A stretch of DNA of 64,000 nt from an uncultured Verrucomicrobiae bacterium (GCA_963812605.1 CAWEWF010000014.1:288001-352000), one strand, 5' to 3'. Counted from the first letter of the stretch, positions 28,267 to 39,394 are shown. Program-made: numbers and translations. Notes: generated from the sequence alone by a model not told the origin.

Positions 28267-29241
28267 ATGCCGAGGGCTCTAATCACGGGTATTGCCGGAC
28301 AGGATGGATCGTACTTGGCCGAATTTCTTTTGGCCAAAGGTTACGAGGTCGCCGGCATCATTCGACGGGCGCGGACGGAGCGGCATGAGCGCATCGCCCA
28401 CATCCAGGACCGTCTGCAACTCTATGAAGGGGATGTGCTCGACCAGGTTTCGCTGACGGGTGTGTTGCGGAAATTCGGGCCCGATGAGATTTACAACCTG
28501 GCGTCCCAGTCTTCCGTGTTCCGCAGTTGGGCCGAGCCGATCCTCACCGGGGAGATCAATGCGCTGGGGGTCAGCCGCCTGCTGGAGGCGATCCGCAGCA
28601 CCAACCCCAAGGTCAAGTTCTATCAGGCCTCCAGCAGCGAGATGTTTGGCAAGGTCCGTGAATCCCCCCAAAATGAATTGACCCCGTTTTATCCACGGAG
28701 CCCCTATGGCGTTTCGAAGACCTATGGCCACTTCGTCACGGTGAACTATCGGGAAAGCTACGGCATGTTCGCTGCCTCGGGCATTCTCTTCAACCACGAA
28801 TCCCCGCGCCGCGGTCTTGATTTTGTTACCCGCAAGGTCACGCACGGCGCGGCCTCGATCGCCCTCGGGCAAAGCCAGACGCTCGTGCTGGGGAATCTGG
28901 ACGTGGAACGTGATTGGGGGTTTGCGGGCGACTACATCGAGGCGATGTGGTTGATGCTCCAGCAGTCCTCGCCGGAAGATTTTGTGATCGGCCAAGGGAA
29001 GGCGCATAGTTTGCGCGATTTCTTGCGGGAAGCCTTTGAACACGTTGGCCTGAACTGGGAAAAGTTCGTCCACATCGACCCGCAATTGATGCGACTCGCG
29101 GAAGTCGAGCATGTCGTGGCCGATTCCGCGAAAGCCCATGCCAAACTCGGTTGGAAGCCGCGCACCAGTTTCCGCGAACTGGTGGGAATGATGGTCGACT
29201 TCGACGTTAAATTATTAAAGGCCCAAGCGTCCGCCAGGTGA
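28267..29241 (+). CDS. gmd: GDP-mannose 4,6-dehydratase
   Basis: [43 protein letters not shown]. Confidence 0.92.
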   Translation: MPRALITGIAGQDGSYLAEFLLAKGYEVAGIIRRARTERHERIAHIQDRLQLYEGDVLDQVSLTGVLRKFGPDEIYNLASQSSVFRSWAEPILTGEINALGVSRLLEAIRSTNPKVKFYQASSSEMFGKVRESPQNELTPFYPRSPYGVSKTYGHFVTVNYRESYGMFAASGILFNHESPRRGLDFVTRKVTHGAASIALGQSQTLVLGNLDVERDWGFAGDYIEAMWLMLQQSSPEDFVIGQGKAHSLRDFLREAFEHVGLNWEKFVHIDPQLMRLAEVEHVVADSAKAHAKLGWKPRTSFRELVGMMVDFDVKLLKAQASAR

Positions 29242-29283
29242 CAGCTCCCGCACAGCCACCATCCAACATCCCGACCTATCGGC

Positions 29284-30399
29284 ATGCGCATTTTAGTCAT
29301 CAACCATCGCGACATCAAAAATCCGCTCGCCGGTGGCCTGGAGGAAGTGGTCCACCAGACCGCCAAATACTGGGTCGCTGACGGAAATCAGGTGGATTTG
29401 TTGTGCGCGGGATATGCCGGAGCGCCGCGCGAGGAGGTGCTGGATGGCATCCGCGTGGTTCGCGGGCCGAACGAGTACATTTTCAATTGGTGGGCGCCCC
29501 TGAAAATCCGGGCCCTTGGCCCCCGCCAGTACAACGTCATGCTCGAATACATCAGCAAAGTGCCCTGCTTTGTCCCGGTTTTTGTCCGGTCCACACCCAC
29601 GGCCGTCATGATTCCGCACCTTTTCGGCAAGACGGCGTTCGCCGAATTGCCGTGGTTGATGGCCGCCTACGCCTATGCCCTGGAGCAGCCGATTCCCTGG
29701 GTCTACCGACATTCTCTGTTTTGGGCGCTCTCGAAAACCACCGCCGAGGACTTGCTGGAACGCGGCATTCCCCGGGAGCGCATCGAGATCATTTACCCGG
29801 GTTTCAACGAACAATTACTCAAACCCGATCCGCAAGCCGGGAAGACGCCGTATCCCAGCCTGGTCTACATTGGCCGGCTGAAACGGTACAAGCGAGTGGA
29901 TCTGATCATTAATGCCACAGCGAAATTACGAGCACGATTTCCCGATATCCACCTTTTCGTCGTGGGGACCGGCGACTACGAGACAGAGTTGCGCAGCCTG
30001 ACGGCTTCCTTGGGAGCGGAGAAATCCGTCGAGTTCTGCGGATTCGTGAGCGAAGATCGCAAGAGGGAACTCCTGCAGATTGCCTGGATTGGCGCCCAGA
30101 CATCCACCATTGAAGGGTGGGGCCTGGGGGTCATTGAAGCTGCTGCGTGCGGCACGCCGACGGTGGCCAGCGATTCGCCCGGTTTGCGCGAGTCGGTCCG
30201 GGATGGAGAAACAGGAATCCTCGTGCCCCATGGTGATGTCGAGGCCTTGCAGGACAAGATGTCACTTTTGCTCGCGGATGCGGCGTTGCGCGAGAAGATG
30301 GGTGCGGCCGCCCGGAGTTGGGCCCGGCAATTCTCGTGGAAGGAAATGGCGCACCATTCGCTGCAGTTTTTGGAAAGGGCCGCCGGCAAATCCAAATGA
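29284..30399 (+). CDS. Glycosyltransferase family 4
   Basis: NHRDIKNPLAGG, YIGRLKRYKR, EGWGLGVIEA (Ex7E). Confidence 0.9.
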   Translation: MRILVINHRDIKNPLAGGLEEVVHQTAKYWVADGNQVDLLCAGYAGAPREEVLDGIRVVRGPNEYIFNWWAPLKIRALGPRQYNVMLEYISKVPCFVPVFVRSTPTAVMIPHLFGKTAFAELPWLMAAYAYALEQPIPWVYRHSLFWALSKTTAEDLLERGIPRERIEIIYPGFNEQLLKPDPQAGKTPYPSLVYIGRLKRYKRVDLIINATAKLRARFPDIHLFVVGTGDYETELRSLTASLGAEKSVEFCGFVSEDRKRELLQIAWIGAQTSTIEGWGLGVIEAAACGTPTVASDSPGLRESVRDGETGILVPHGDVEALQDKMSLLLADAALREKMGAAARSWARQFSWKEMAHHSLQFLERAAGKSK

Positions 30400-32807
30400 A
30401 GTCGCGCCTCGGACTCTGGATTGTTCTCGTCCTCGCATTCGCATACGTGGCGTATCTTGGCGCGCATTGGTTGCCGCTGGGGATGGGCAAAAACGAGTTG
30501 AGCGCCTCCGCTTCCCGCGTCTGGGACATCAAACAGGAAATCACTAACCATCATCTGCTGCCGTGGTGGACGCCCTGGTACATGAGCGGATCGAGCTATG
30601 GCCTCAATTACGCCCGCGGCTTCTATCTCATTCCGTGGATCCTGTTCTCGACATTTACCGACCTGATAACGGCGGGCAAATTCACGGCGCTGACAGCGAT
30701 CCTGGCGGGTGCGATCGCCATGTATTTTTGTGCGCGGCATTTCATGAAGAACGAATGGGCCGCAGTCCTGGCCGCCTTCGCTTTCATGCTGCATCCCGAG
30801 CAAATCATCCGCGCGGCGGGCGCCGAGCACATCACCATTATCCTGTTCTTCCCATTCATTCCGCTATTGTGGCTGACGCTGTCACGCGCGCTCGAGGCGA
30901 ACAAGTTTTCCACCACGTTTCTGTGCGCCCTCGTGGCGGTGCTGGCGTGGTGGACCGATAATAAACAGGCGTTCATCAACTTTCTCTTCCTCTTCGCGTA
31001 CGCGTTGTACTGGCTGTGGCCGCGCCGCAAGCAATGGCAGCCGACGGCCCGGACCTGCGGGTTGCTGGCGGCGCTGGGGTTGGCGCTGGGCGCATGGGTG
31101 TTGGCGCCGGGTTTTGTCGAATCCGGGGACGTGAAGTTGTTCGTGGGCGATCCGCTGACGGAATGGCAGAAGACGTATTCGTTCAAGAGCCTGCTCGGGT
31201 TGGTGGATCGCGACGGTGCGTTCACCAGTAACGCAACGAATGTCGTGTTCACGCGCGCCAACGCGAGAGGCATCAGGAGCCAGACGGAGTATGATCAGGT
31301 GCGGCGGGTGATGTCGCTTGGCGCCGATTCGCCGGAAAAATATGCGGGACTCGTCCTCCTGCTCGCGATTGCAGTGACCGTGCTGTGGAACAAACGGCGC
31401 GCGGATCGCAGAACGTTTTGGTTTTTTATCGCGTCGTTGCTGGCGAGCGTCATGTTTGCCACGGGACTGAATAGTGTGTGGACTGCGAACTGGATCACAT
31501 GGGATGTGCTGTCGTCACAGGAAATGTCCGGGACGGCGCTGGTGTGGGTGCTGGTCGCCGCGACGTTTCTGGTGTTCTTTTACCGTCAAAAACTGACAAC
31601 CGCGCGGAAAGCGGTGACCGCGGCCGTGGCCCTGGCGGTTTTCCTTTTCCTGCCGGGCTTCAAGCTTTTGGCGGACTTACCCTACTTCAAGGATATTCGC
31701 GCCCCGTTTGTGTTCTACGACAGCCCCGCGATGTTTTGGGGGGCGATGCTGATGGGATTTTTCGTGACCGACGTGCTGGTTGGCGAGAAATGGCGCACTC
31801 ATGTTCCGAAGATCGTGGCCGCCCTCGGTGTGCTGATGCTTCTCGACTACTGGCCGTACGAGCGGCCCGTGAAAGACAACGGCGTTCCCGCTCACACGCT
31901 GGAGAATCTGCAGGCAGCCTATCAGTCGCTCCAGCCAGACAAAGATTGGGTAAAGACGTATTCGCTTTCCGGCCGGTATTTCCATCTGTTGGGGCCGATG
32001 TGGGGCGGCAAACCGCAAGTGTACGAAGCGTTCTACAATTGGATGTGTCCGATCGGAACCGGACTATTGAATCAGCAGGCGATTGTGCAGTCAGCGGACC
32101 GCCGGGTCACAATGAACCGTGCCTTCCTGAACTTAATGGGAGCGCGCTATGTCGTTTTTGATTTGGAAAACCCCGGGGCTCCCCAACCGCAATCGATCCT
32201 GGACGATCTGGGCCGCAATTATACGGCGGTATTGACGAATGCGGATTTTCTTGTTTTCCGGAACGACACGGCCCGGCCTTATGTCACGGCCTACGCGCGG
32301 GCATGTCTTTACGCGGGTGACGTGCACAAATCGGCGCCGCTCGCGCTCGCGCTATCCACGAGAAACTGGCCGCTGGTTCAAGCGAAAGAGCCGAGCGTCA
32401 ACGCGGTGACGGACGCGACCGCGCAAAAGTACGAAAAAACCTACGGGGAAGACAGCACCCCGTTTCCACCTCTCCATGAAGGGGTTCCCGTCTCCTTGAG
32501 CGATGTTCAACTCACGCGGGAGAATTCGCAGTTGGTACGCATCCAACTGACCACGCCATCAAATTGTCTTGCGGTTGTCGCGGAAAGCTACTACCCGTTC
32601 TGGCGCGCGGAAGTGGACGGCCAACCGGCGGAAGTACTGCAAGTCAGTTGCGGCTTGATGGGTGTTGAGTTACCTGCCGGCAGTCATACGATTACGCTGC
32701 GCTATCAACCCCCCCGAGTTTACGCAATGGCCGGAGTAATCAGCGTTGCGACGCTGCTCCTGGGCATCGGTTTCACGGTTTTCAGTGTCCGACGTTCGGT
32801 TCGTTAG
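30396..32807 (+). CDS. YfhO-like polytopic membrane protein (GT-C type)
   Basis: PWWTPWYMSG loop, many TMs, and the C-terminal YfhO signature ESYYPFWRAEVDG...GVELPAGSHTITLRY plus a final TM; ATGA overlap with the GT4 gene. Confidence 0.75.
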   Translation: MKSRLGLWIVLVLAFAYVAYLGAHWLPLGMGKNELSASASRVWDIKQEITNHHLLPWWTPWYMSGSSYGLNYARGFYLIPWILFSTFTDLITAGKFTALTAILAGAIAMYFCARHFMKNEWAAVLAAFAFMLHPEQIIRAAGAEHITIILFFPFIPLLWLTLSRALEANKFSTTFLCALVAVLAWWTDNKQAFINFLFLFAYALYWLWPRRKQWQPTARTCGLLAALGLALGAWVLAPGFVESGDVKLFVGDPLTEWQKTYSFKSLLGLVDRDGAFTSNATNVVFTRANARGIRSQTEYDQVRRVMSLGADSPEKYAGLVLLLAIAVTVLWNKRRADRRTFWFFIASLLASVMFATGLNSVWTANWITWDVLSSQEMSGTALVWVLVAATFLVFFYRQKLTTARKAVTAAVALAVFLFLPGFKLLADLPYFKDIRAPFVFYDSPAMFWGAMLMGFFVTDVLVGEKWRTHVPKIVAALGVLMLLDYWPYERPVKDNGVPAHTLENLQAAYQSLQPDKDWVKTYSLSGRYFHLLGPMWGGKPQVYEAFYNWMCPIGTGLLNQQAIVQSADRRVTMNRAFLNLMGARYVVFDLENPGAPQPQSILDDLGRNYTAVLTNADFLVFRNDTARPYVTAYARACLYAGDVHKSAPLALALSTRNWPLVQAKEPSVNAVTDATAQKYEKTYGEDSTPFPPLHEGVPVSLSDVQLTRENSQLVRIQLTTPSNCLAVVAESYYPFWRAEVDGQPAEVLQVSCGLMGVELPAGSHTITLRYQPPRVYAMAGVISVATLLLGIGFTVFSVRRSVR

Positions 32808-33691
32808 CGGCTCTTCCACCATTCGATCGTCTGGCGTAATCCCTCTTCGAGCGGGTACCGCGGTTTCCAGCCGGTGCCTTCGCGAAGTTTCGTGTTGTCG
32901 GCGAGCAAGTATATCGGTTCGCTCACCGCATAGGGGAGGGCGCCGAACTTGAGCAGATCGATCCGATTGAGTGCTTCGCCGATCTTCACCGCGATCTCGC
33001 GCACCGTGACGGGGATCCCGCTGGCGATGTTGACAGGGCCCGTGATCCGGCTCCCGGCAACTGTGCAGATCGCGCTGGCCACGTCTTCAATGTGCAGATA
33101 ATCGCGCACGCGCTCGCCCGGGACCAGCTTGGTTTCCTGACCGCGCAACAAGGAATTGATGACAACGGGTACCAGCCGTCGCCGATCCTCATCCGGCCCG
33201 TAAAGATAAAACGGGCGCAACCACGCCAGCTCGATGTCGATGGACTGGAGCGCCTCGAAAAGCTCCAGTTTGGCTTGCCCGTAGGCCGTGGAGGGCTTGG
33301 TCGGGCTTGATTCACGTTGCGGTAAATCACTGGGCGCATACTCAAAAGAGGTTCCGGTCGCGACGAAGCGCCGACAGCCTCCATCACGGAGTGCGCTGGC
33401 CAGGCGGAGGCTCGCTGCAACCCAATCCTTTTTCTGTGGCTGGTGCAGGTAATTGCCCGGCTCGACGTGCCACGCGAGGTGGAGGCCAAGATTGAAAGCC
33501 GAGGGCCGGAGGACAAAAGCTGAATCGAGCAGATCGCCTTTGATCAGGCCCAGCGACGAAGTGAGGTCTTCGATGCGCCCAAGATTTGACTGCTCGCGAA
33601 CCAGCGCGTGGACTTCGTGGCCTTCGCGTACGAGCGCGCGCGCGACGTGAGAGCCAATGAACCCCGTGGCGCCGGTAAGCAGGACTTTCAC
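32804..33691 (-). CDS. NDP-sugar epimerase/4-ketoreductase
   Basis: LLTGATGFIG, GTSFEY, YGQAK, RDYL; GTGA-coupled to rfbB. Confidence 0.85.
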   Translation of the reverse strand: MKVLLTGATGFIGSHVARALVREGHEVHALVREQSNLGRIEDLTSSLGLIKGDLLDSAFVLRPSAFNLGLHLAWHVEPGNYLHQPQKKDWVAASLRLASALRDGGCRRFVATGTSFEYAPSDLPQRESSPTKPSTAYGQAKLELFEALQSIDIELAWLRPFYLYGPDEDRRRLVPVVINSLLRGQETKLVPGERVRDYLHIEDVASAICTVAGSRITGPVNIASGIPVTVREIAVKIGEALNRIDLLKFGALPYAVSEPIYLLADNTKLREGTGWKPRYPLEEGLRQTIEWWKSR

Positions 33692-34695
33692 AGCCGCGTG
33701 CCGTACTGCGCGGCGTAGTATTTCTTGAAGTCGCCGCTCTTGATCTTTCGCCACCATGACTCGTTCTGTACGTACCAGTCAATCGTCGCGTCGAGCGCGC
33801 CCGTGAAATCGCGTTGCGGCTGCCAGCCGAGCGCGGCGAGGGCGCCGGCGTCCAGCGAGTACCGACGGTCATGGCCCGGACGGTCTTTGACCAACTGGAT
33901 GAGCGACTCGGCCTTGCCAAGTTTGTGAACAATGCGGTGGGCGATCTCGATGTTCTCGACTTCGTTGCCGCCGGCGATGTTGTAGGTTTCACCGGACCTG
34001 CCGTGGGCAATAAGAAAATCAATCGCGGCGCAGTGGTCCTCGACGTAAATCCAGTCGCGCACATTCCGCCCGTCCCCATACAACGGGAGCGGCCGGTCTT
34101 CAAGCGCGTTGGTGATGAACAACGGGATGAATTTCTCGGGATATTGGTTGGGGCCAAAGTTGTTCGAGCAGCGCGTGATGGTGACGGGCACATCGTGCGT
34201 CGTGAAATAAGCGAAGGCGAGGCGGTCCGCGCCGGCTTTGCTGGCCGAGTAGGGATTGCGCGGGTTCAGCGGCGAGTTTTCGGTGAAGCTGCCGCTGGCG
34301 ATGCTGCCGTAGACTTCGTCCGTGGATATTTGGATAAACTTCTTCACCCCAAATTCGCGAGCGGCTTCCAGAAGCGTGAAAGCGCCGAGGACATCGGTTT
34401 TGATAAAATCGTCAGCCCAGAGGATCGAGCGGTCGACATGCGTTTCCGCGGCGAAGTTGACGACAATATCGATGCCCTGGCTCCAGAGGCGCGCGACGAC
34501 TTCATGGTCGGCGATATCACCTTTCACGAACTGGTGGCGCGTGGCGTCCGGAAGATTGGTGAGGTTTTCGAGATTGCCCGCGTAGCTGAGCTTGTCGAGA
34601 TTGACGATGTGCCAGTCGGGATGCGCCCGCAGCGCGAATTTGACGAAGTGGGAACCGATAAAACCCGCGCCACCGGTCACGAGCACTCGCGTCAC
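33688..34695 (-). CDS. rfbB: dTDP-glucose 4,6-dehydratase
   Basis: TGGAGFIGS, FAAETHVDRSI, ISTDEVYG, YSASKA, DRPGHDRRY. Confidence 0.92.
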   Translation of the reverse strand: MTRVLVTGGAGFIGSHFVKFALRAHPDWHIVNLDKLSYAGNLENLTNLPDATRHQFVKGDIADHEVVARLWSQGIDIVVNFAAETHVDRSILWADDFIKTDVLGAFTLLEAAREFGVKKFIQISTDEVYGSIASGSFTENSPLNPRNPYSASKAGADRLAFAYFTTHDVPVTITRCSNNFGPNQYPEKFIPLFITNALEDRPLPLYGDGRNVRDWIYVEDHCAAIDFLIAHGRSGETYNIAGGNEVENIEIAHRIVHKLGKAESLIQLVKDRPGHDRRYSLDAGALAALGWQPQRDFTGALDATIDWYVQNESWWRKIKSGDFKKYYAAQYGTRL

Positions 34696-35423
34696 AACGC
34701 AATCCCCTGTTGGCGCGCGACCTGCACCCCGGTCTCCAACAGCTTCTGGTGCGAGGCGCCGGCATCCGCCCACCAGCCATCGAGAATATCGTAGTGGAGC
34801 TCGCCCCGACGCAAGTAGGCGTTGTTGACGTCCGTGATCTCCAGTTCCCCACGGCCGGACGGTTTCAGCGTGCGGATGATCTCAAACACGTGCGGATCAT
34901 ACATGTAGATGCCGATGACAGCGTACTTGGACTTCGGCTGCTTCGGTTTTTCGACGATGCTGACGATGCGGTCCCCGCGCAAATCAGCCACGCCGTACGC
35001 CCGTGGGTTGGCGACTTCCTTCAGGTAAACGCGCGCTCCGCGCTTCTGTTTGCGGAACGCCGCGACACCCCGGCGAATGTCTTTCTCGATGACATTGTCG
35101 CCCAGCATGACGATCAGTTTTTCACCGGCAGCGAAATGCTCGGCCAGCCGCAAGGCATCGGCGATGCCGCCTTCGCCCTCCTGGTAGGTGTAGTTGACGT
35201 GCGGCAGGTTGAACGCGCTGCCGTTGCCGAGCAGCCGCAGAAAATCGCCCGCGTTGTTGCCGCCGGTGACGATGAGCAGGTCGCGCACGCCCGCGTCCAC
35301 CAGCGTTTGGATCGGGTAGAAAATCATCGGCTTGTTGTAGAGCGGCAGAAGATGCTTGTTGGTGATCTTGGTAAGCGGATGCAGCCGTGTCCCCAAGCCA
35401 CCGGCCAGAATGACGCCTTTCAT
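34692..35423 (-). CDS. Sugar-1-phosphate nucleotidyltransferase (RmlA/SpsI-like)
   Basis: GVILAGGLGTRLHPLT, NKHLLP, IVEKP, PSGRGELEITDVN. Confidence 0.88.
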   Translation of the reverse strand: MKGVILAGGLGTRLHPLTKITNKHLLPLYNKPMIFYPIQTLVDAGVRDLLIVTGGNNAGDFLRLLGNGSAFNLPHVNYTYQEGEGGIADALRLAEHFAAGEKLIVMLGDNVIEKDIRRGVAAFRKQKRGARVYLKEVANPRAYGVADLRGDRIVSIVEKPKQPKSKYAVIGIYMYDPHVFEIIRTLKPSGRGELEITDVNNAYLRRGELHYDILDGWWADAGASHQKLLETGVQVARQQGIAL

Positions 35424-35567
35424 CGATTCTCCTCAAGCAGACACGCGCGCAGACTGATTATCATGGATGGCAAGACTAGCGAAGCGCCCCGGGGAAGTCA
35501 ACCGCAGGCACCGGAAGGGAGGTTCGTGCTTGACTTTGGATGCGTGTTGCGGCCTTTTGATTTTCTT

Positions 35568-36266
35568 GTGTCGGAAACGAATGCGTTGCGGTACCAACCC
35601 AAGGAGAACGATCCGTATTCGAGCCATGCGCGGATTCTGGAGCGCGTGGGCGAGGGGAATGGGCGGCGACTGTTGGACGTCGGCTCCGCGCAGGGCGCGC
35701 TGGCGCAACGCTTCACGGAGCGGAAGTTTGAGGTGACCTGCATCGAGGGAAACCCCGAGCTGGCGGCTGCCGCCGAAGGAAAGTGTCACCAGATGATCGT
35801 CGCGGACCTGGATCGGGAGTTGCCACAGTTGACGGGACAATTCGATGTCATTGTGTATGGAGATATCCTGGAGCATTTGAGGAATCCGTTGGAAGTGTTC
35901 ATGGGTTTCAATCGCTTACTCAGTCCGTCTGGGAAAGTGATTGTCTCGGTGCCTAACTTTGTCCATCTGTTTGTGCGGCTTAACATTCTTTGCGGCCGCT
36001 TCGAGTACATGGACCGCGGCATCCTCGACCATACCCATCTGCGGTTCTTCACGCTCGCTTCCTTTAAACGATTCCTCGCCCAAGCTGGTCTGACCGTGGA
36101 AGAACTGGTGGTCACGCCCGCGCCGCTGCTGCTCATGGTGCCGTCGCGCTATCACGGCTGGTGGCTGCGGTGCTTGCACGGAATAAACGCGTGGCTGGCG
36201 CGACTTTGGAAGACAATGTTCGGGTATCAGTTTGTCGCGGTCGCCCGTCCCCGGAAGGTGTCATGA
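35568..36266 (+). CDS. Class I SAM-dependent methyltransferase
   Basis: LLDVGSAQG, DILEHL, SVPN, GILDHTHLRFFT; start uncertain (35463 possible). Confidence 0.82.
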   Translation: MSETNALRYQPKENDPYSSHARILERVGEGNGRRLLDVGSAQGALAQRFTERKFEVTCIEGNPELAAAAEGKCHQMIVADLDRELPQLTGQFDVIVYGDILEHLRNPLEVFMGFNRLLSPSGKVIVSVPNFVHLFVRLNILCGRFEYMDRGILDHTHLRFFTLASFKRFLAQAGLTVEELVVTPAPLLLMVPSRYHGWWLRCLHGINAWLARLWKTMFGYQFVAVARPRKVS

Positions 36267-37045
36267 AGCCGAAAGTCATCGTCGTCATGCCGGCCTACAA
36301 TGCCGGGCGCACCTTGCGGATGACCTATGAGGAGCTTCCGAAGGACACGGTCAGCGCGGTGATTCTGGTCGATGATGGCTCGACGGACGAAACGTTACAG
36401 ATTGCCCGCGATTTGCAACTGGAGGTTTTTGTTCACGACCGCAACTATGGATACGGGGCGAACCAGAAAACCTGTTACGCGGAGGCCCTGAAGGCCGGCG
36501 CGGACATCATCGTGATGGTCCATCCCGATTATCAATACGACCCGCGGCTCGTGCCGCAAATCATCGCGCCGCTGGTCAGTGGCGAGGCGGACGTGGTTCT
36601 CGGCTCGCGATTGAAGGAGGGCACCGCCTTGCAACAGGGGATGCCGTGGTGGAAATATTACGCCAATCGGTTTCTCACCGGGGTGGAGAACTTCGCTTTC
36701 GGGTTGCGGTTGTCCGAATTCCACACCGGTTACCGCGCCTTTCGCCGCGAGGTGTTGGAGACCGTGAACTACTCGATGAATTCGGACGGATTCATTTTTG
36801 ACCAGGACATCATCGCGCAAGTGGTGGCGGCGGGTTACCGCATCTCCGAGATTCCCGTGCCCACGCGCTATTTTCCCGAGGCCTCATCCGCCAGCCTGGG
36901 ACAAAGCATCATCTATGGCTTGAAGATCTTGTGGCTGGTCCTTCGCTATCTCGCGCATCACCTGAAACTGCTCAAACTGCGGCAGTTCGAAAGTCTGCGG
37001 GCGCGTTACACGCGGCTGTCGCCGTCAGCGCCCCCCGATCGTTGA
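36263..37045 (+). CDS. GT2 glycosyltransferase, DPM1-like
   Basis: VVMPAYN, VDDGSTD, NYGYGANQK, HPDYQYDP, VLGSR. Confidence 0.88.
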   Translation: MKPKVIVVMPAYNAGRTLRMTYEELPKDTVSAVILVDDGSTDETLQIARDLQLEVFVHDRNYGYGANQKTCYAEALKAGADIIVMVHPDYQYDPRLVPQIIAPLVSGEADVVLGSRLKEGTALQQGMPWWKYYANRFLTGVENFAFGLRLSEFHTGYRAFRREVLETVNYSMNSDGFIFDQDIIAQVVAAGYRISEIPVPTRYFPEASSASLGQSIIYGLKILWLVLRYLAHHLKLLKLRQFESLRARYTRLSPSAPPDR

Positions 37046-37729
37046 AGCGGGTTTCTCGGTGACCATGATGACGTAGGTGAACGCGTCGCGCGGGCCGAAG
37101 TGAGTTCTCTTCACCTTCAGGTCGGCCGGGGATGCCAATTGCTGGGCCCATGGCTTGGAGGAGAATCGGCTCACCTCGTCCGGATAGAGGATGAGCGGTT
37201 GCTTGCGGAACTTGTTCACCACCCCGAGAAAAGAGGTCAGCACGATCACCGACAGGCCGTACTTGGGCGGCCAGAAGATGAGACATTGGCCGCCCGGTTT
37301 GAGCACGCGCGCCAACGCCTGAAGGATTTTTACGATCTCGGGTTCGTAAAAGTGCTCCATCACCCCGAGATTCCAAAGCCCGTCAATCGCGCCGGTTTTG
37401 AAGGGCGGATGGTAAATATCCCCACACACGAAAAAAGCGTTCTTGAGTTTCGTTTTGTGACGGGCAATCTTCAGCGCCTCCGGCGAAATGTCCATCATCA
37501 GAAACCGGGCTTGGTGAAAGTCGATGCGGTTGTCGGACTCGCTGCTGCCACAGCCGGCGTGCAGGTAGACCCGGCCCGGCTCGTCAGAGAAATACTTGTG
37601 AAAGTAGTGTTTGACGGTCGGGGAGATGATAAACCGCCGATAGAACTTGGCGATGATCTCGAACAAGCCCTTGCTCTTGGCGCTATCGACCCAGTATTGG
37701 TCCCAGTTTTTCCCGCGAACTTCAGGCAT
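37025..37729 (-). CDS. Class I SAM-dependent methyltransferase
   Basis: LHAGCGS, MDIS, NLGVMEHF, RVLKPGG. Confidence 0.82.
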   Translation of the reverse strand: MPEVRGKNWDQYWVDSAKSKGLFEIIAKFYRRFIISPTVKHYFHKYFSDEPGRVYLHAGCGSSESDNRIDFHQARFLMMDISPEALKIARHKTKLKNAFFVCGDIYHPPFKTGAIDGLWNLGVMEHFYEPEIVKILQALARVLKPGGQCLIFWPPKYGLSVIVLTSFLGVVNKFRKQPLILYPDEVSRFSSKPWAQQLASPADLKVKRTHFGPRDAFTYVIMVTEKPASTIGGR

Positions 37730-38471
37730 TGGCCGCCTCCGCTTGCTTGAGTTTGCGCAACTCGTTTTTGTAGTGGAACGATCGAGAATACAACTCGATC
37801 AACCGCCGCAGGCTGGCCAGGATATCACTCAGGCGCATTTTGGATTGGCCATGAGTGCGGATCGGCAGTGAAATGGGGATTTCCTTGACGCGGACCCCAC
37901 TCAGGCAAAGGACATAGAGACTTTCAAAGAAAAACGAGTAGCCCTGGGACTCCACGAGCTTGAAAACACCGGGGTTGATCCGATCCAGCCGGTAAAGACG
38001 GAAGGCGCCGGTCGCGTCGTAGGGGACACGGAGAACGTGACGAGTCAGGAAGTGACCGAGGTGCGTAAGAAATTTCCGGAACACGTTCCATTCGGTCAGG
38101 CTGTCTTCGCGCATGAAACGGGAGCCCAATACCACGTCAAAATCATCGGCGTGTTCCAGGAACTGCGGGAGGTGATCGGGCGGATGCGTCAGGTCGCAGT
38201 CCATGCTGATCAAGACTGGATATTGTTTCTCATAAGCCCAGCGAATGGCGGCCAGGTGCGCGCTGCCGATACCGAGTTTGCCGCCGCGGTGGATGACGGA
38301 AACGCGTCCATCCCGGGCGGCAATGGCATCCAGGATCTGGCCGGTGCCATCCGGGGAATTGTCGTCGAGAAACAACAGATCCAGGTCGAGGTTCAGGGCC
38401 TTGATCATCTCGTAGATACGCTGGACGTTCTCGCGTTCGTTGTAGGTCGGGATGAAGAGCAACGGTTTCAT
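37722..38471 (-). CDS. Polyprenol-phosphate sugar synthase (DPM1/Ppm1-like GT2)
   Basis: IPTYNE, DDNSPDGT, KLGIGSA, MDCDLTH, DATGAFR, GQSKM. Confidence 0.88.
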   Translation of the reverse strand: MKPLLFIPTYNERENVQRIYEMIKALNLDLDLLFLDDNSPDGTGQILDAIAARDGRVSVIHRGGKLGIGSAHLAAIRWAYEKQYPVLISMDCDLTHPPDHLPQFLEHADDFDVVLGSRFMREDSLTEWNVFRKFLTHLGHFLTRHVLRVPYDATGAFRLYRLDRINPGVFKLVESQGYSFFFESLYVLCLSGVRVKEIPISLPIRTHGQSKMRLSDILASLRRLIELYSRSFHYKNELRKLKQAEAANA

Positions 38472-39394
38472 TTCTCGGGGTGGGTCTCCTGTTCTGCGCT
38501 GACCATCATCCGAACCAGGGTTTGAAAATCCGTCCGAGGTTGCCAGCCCGTCGATTGCCGCAATTTCGCGTTGTTGCCAAACAGGCTCACGCCATTCGTC
38601 CGCCGCAGTAACAGGGGATCGACTGTCACGTGCTCTTGCAAGTCGAGCCCCAGCAGCCCAAACGCTTCTTCCGCAAAATCACGGACCCGGTGTTGCTGCC
38701 CGCTGGAAATCACGAAGTCCCCGGCCGCCGGCAATTGCAAGACCCGGTGCATCGCGTCCACGTAGTCGCCGGCAAAACCCCAATCGATTTGCGCGTCCAG
38801 ATCCCCCAGGACCAATTTGTTTTGCCGATGTTGTCGGATCGCCACCCCGGCCGCGACGATCTTCTTCGAAACAAAATTCGCCGTGCGCAAGGGAGATTCG
38901 TGATTATAGAGAATACCGGCGCAGGCGAAGACTTTGTGTTGGCGACGGTAGTATTGGCAGAGTTGCAGGCCCGCCAGCTTCGTAATGCCGTAGATCCCCT
39001 CCGGTTTCATGGGAGTCATTTCATCCTGGACCGGAGTGGACGGTGAGCCGAAAACATGGCAGGACGCGGCAAAGAACAGCCGGGCCTTCGGGCAGAGCCG
39101 CGTCATCCCCTCGAGCAGATTGGCGGTCGCCAGCGCGTGAACTTCATTGCTGCGGCGAAAGACATCGAGGTCGTCCGTTAGCTTTTCCTGCGACGAATGA
39201 TGGACGGCGGCGAGATGATAGATTTCATCGGGCTGGTTTTCCTGGAGAAACGCAAAGACCCGGTCGGGAACAAAGATATCGACGAGATTGGATCCACGAT
39301 TGATGCCGATGACCCTGTACCCGAGGTGCTCGAGGTGCTTCGACAGATAGACGCCATCCTGTCCGGCACTGCCGGTGATCACGGCGGTCTTCAT
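38468..39394 (-). CDS. Gmd-like SDR lacking the dehydratase Glu (possible 4-ketoreductase)
   Basis: ITGSAGQDG, YGITK, NHESPLR, DWG are present, but AASCH replaces ASSSE. Confidence 0.75.
   Translation of the reverse strand: MKTAVITGSAGQDGVYLSKHLEHLGYRVIGINRGSNLVDIFVPDRVFAFLQENQPDEIYHLAAVHHSSQEKLTDDLDVFRRSNEVHALATANLLEGMTRLCPKARLFFAASCHVFGSPSTPVQDEMTPMKPEGIYGITKLAGLQLCQYYRRQHKVFACAGILYNHESPLRTANFVSKKIVAAGVAIRQHRQNKLVLGDLDAQIDWGFAGDYVDAMHRVLQLPAAGDFVISSGQQHRVRDFAEEAFGLLGLDLQEHVTVDPLLLRRTNGVSLFGNNAKLRQSTGWQPRTDFQTLVRMMVSAEQETHPEK

Noticed and set aside
34710-35567. 518-aa methyltransferase with a long N-terminal domain
   Set aside because: The extension is the antisense of the nucleotidyltransferase gene.
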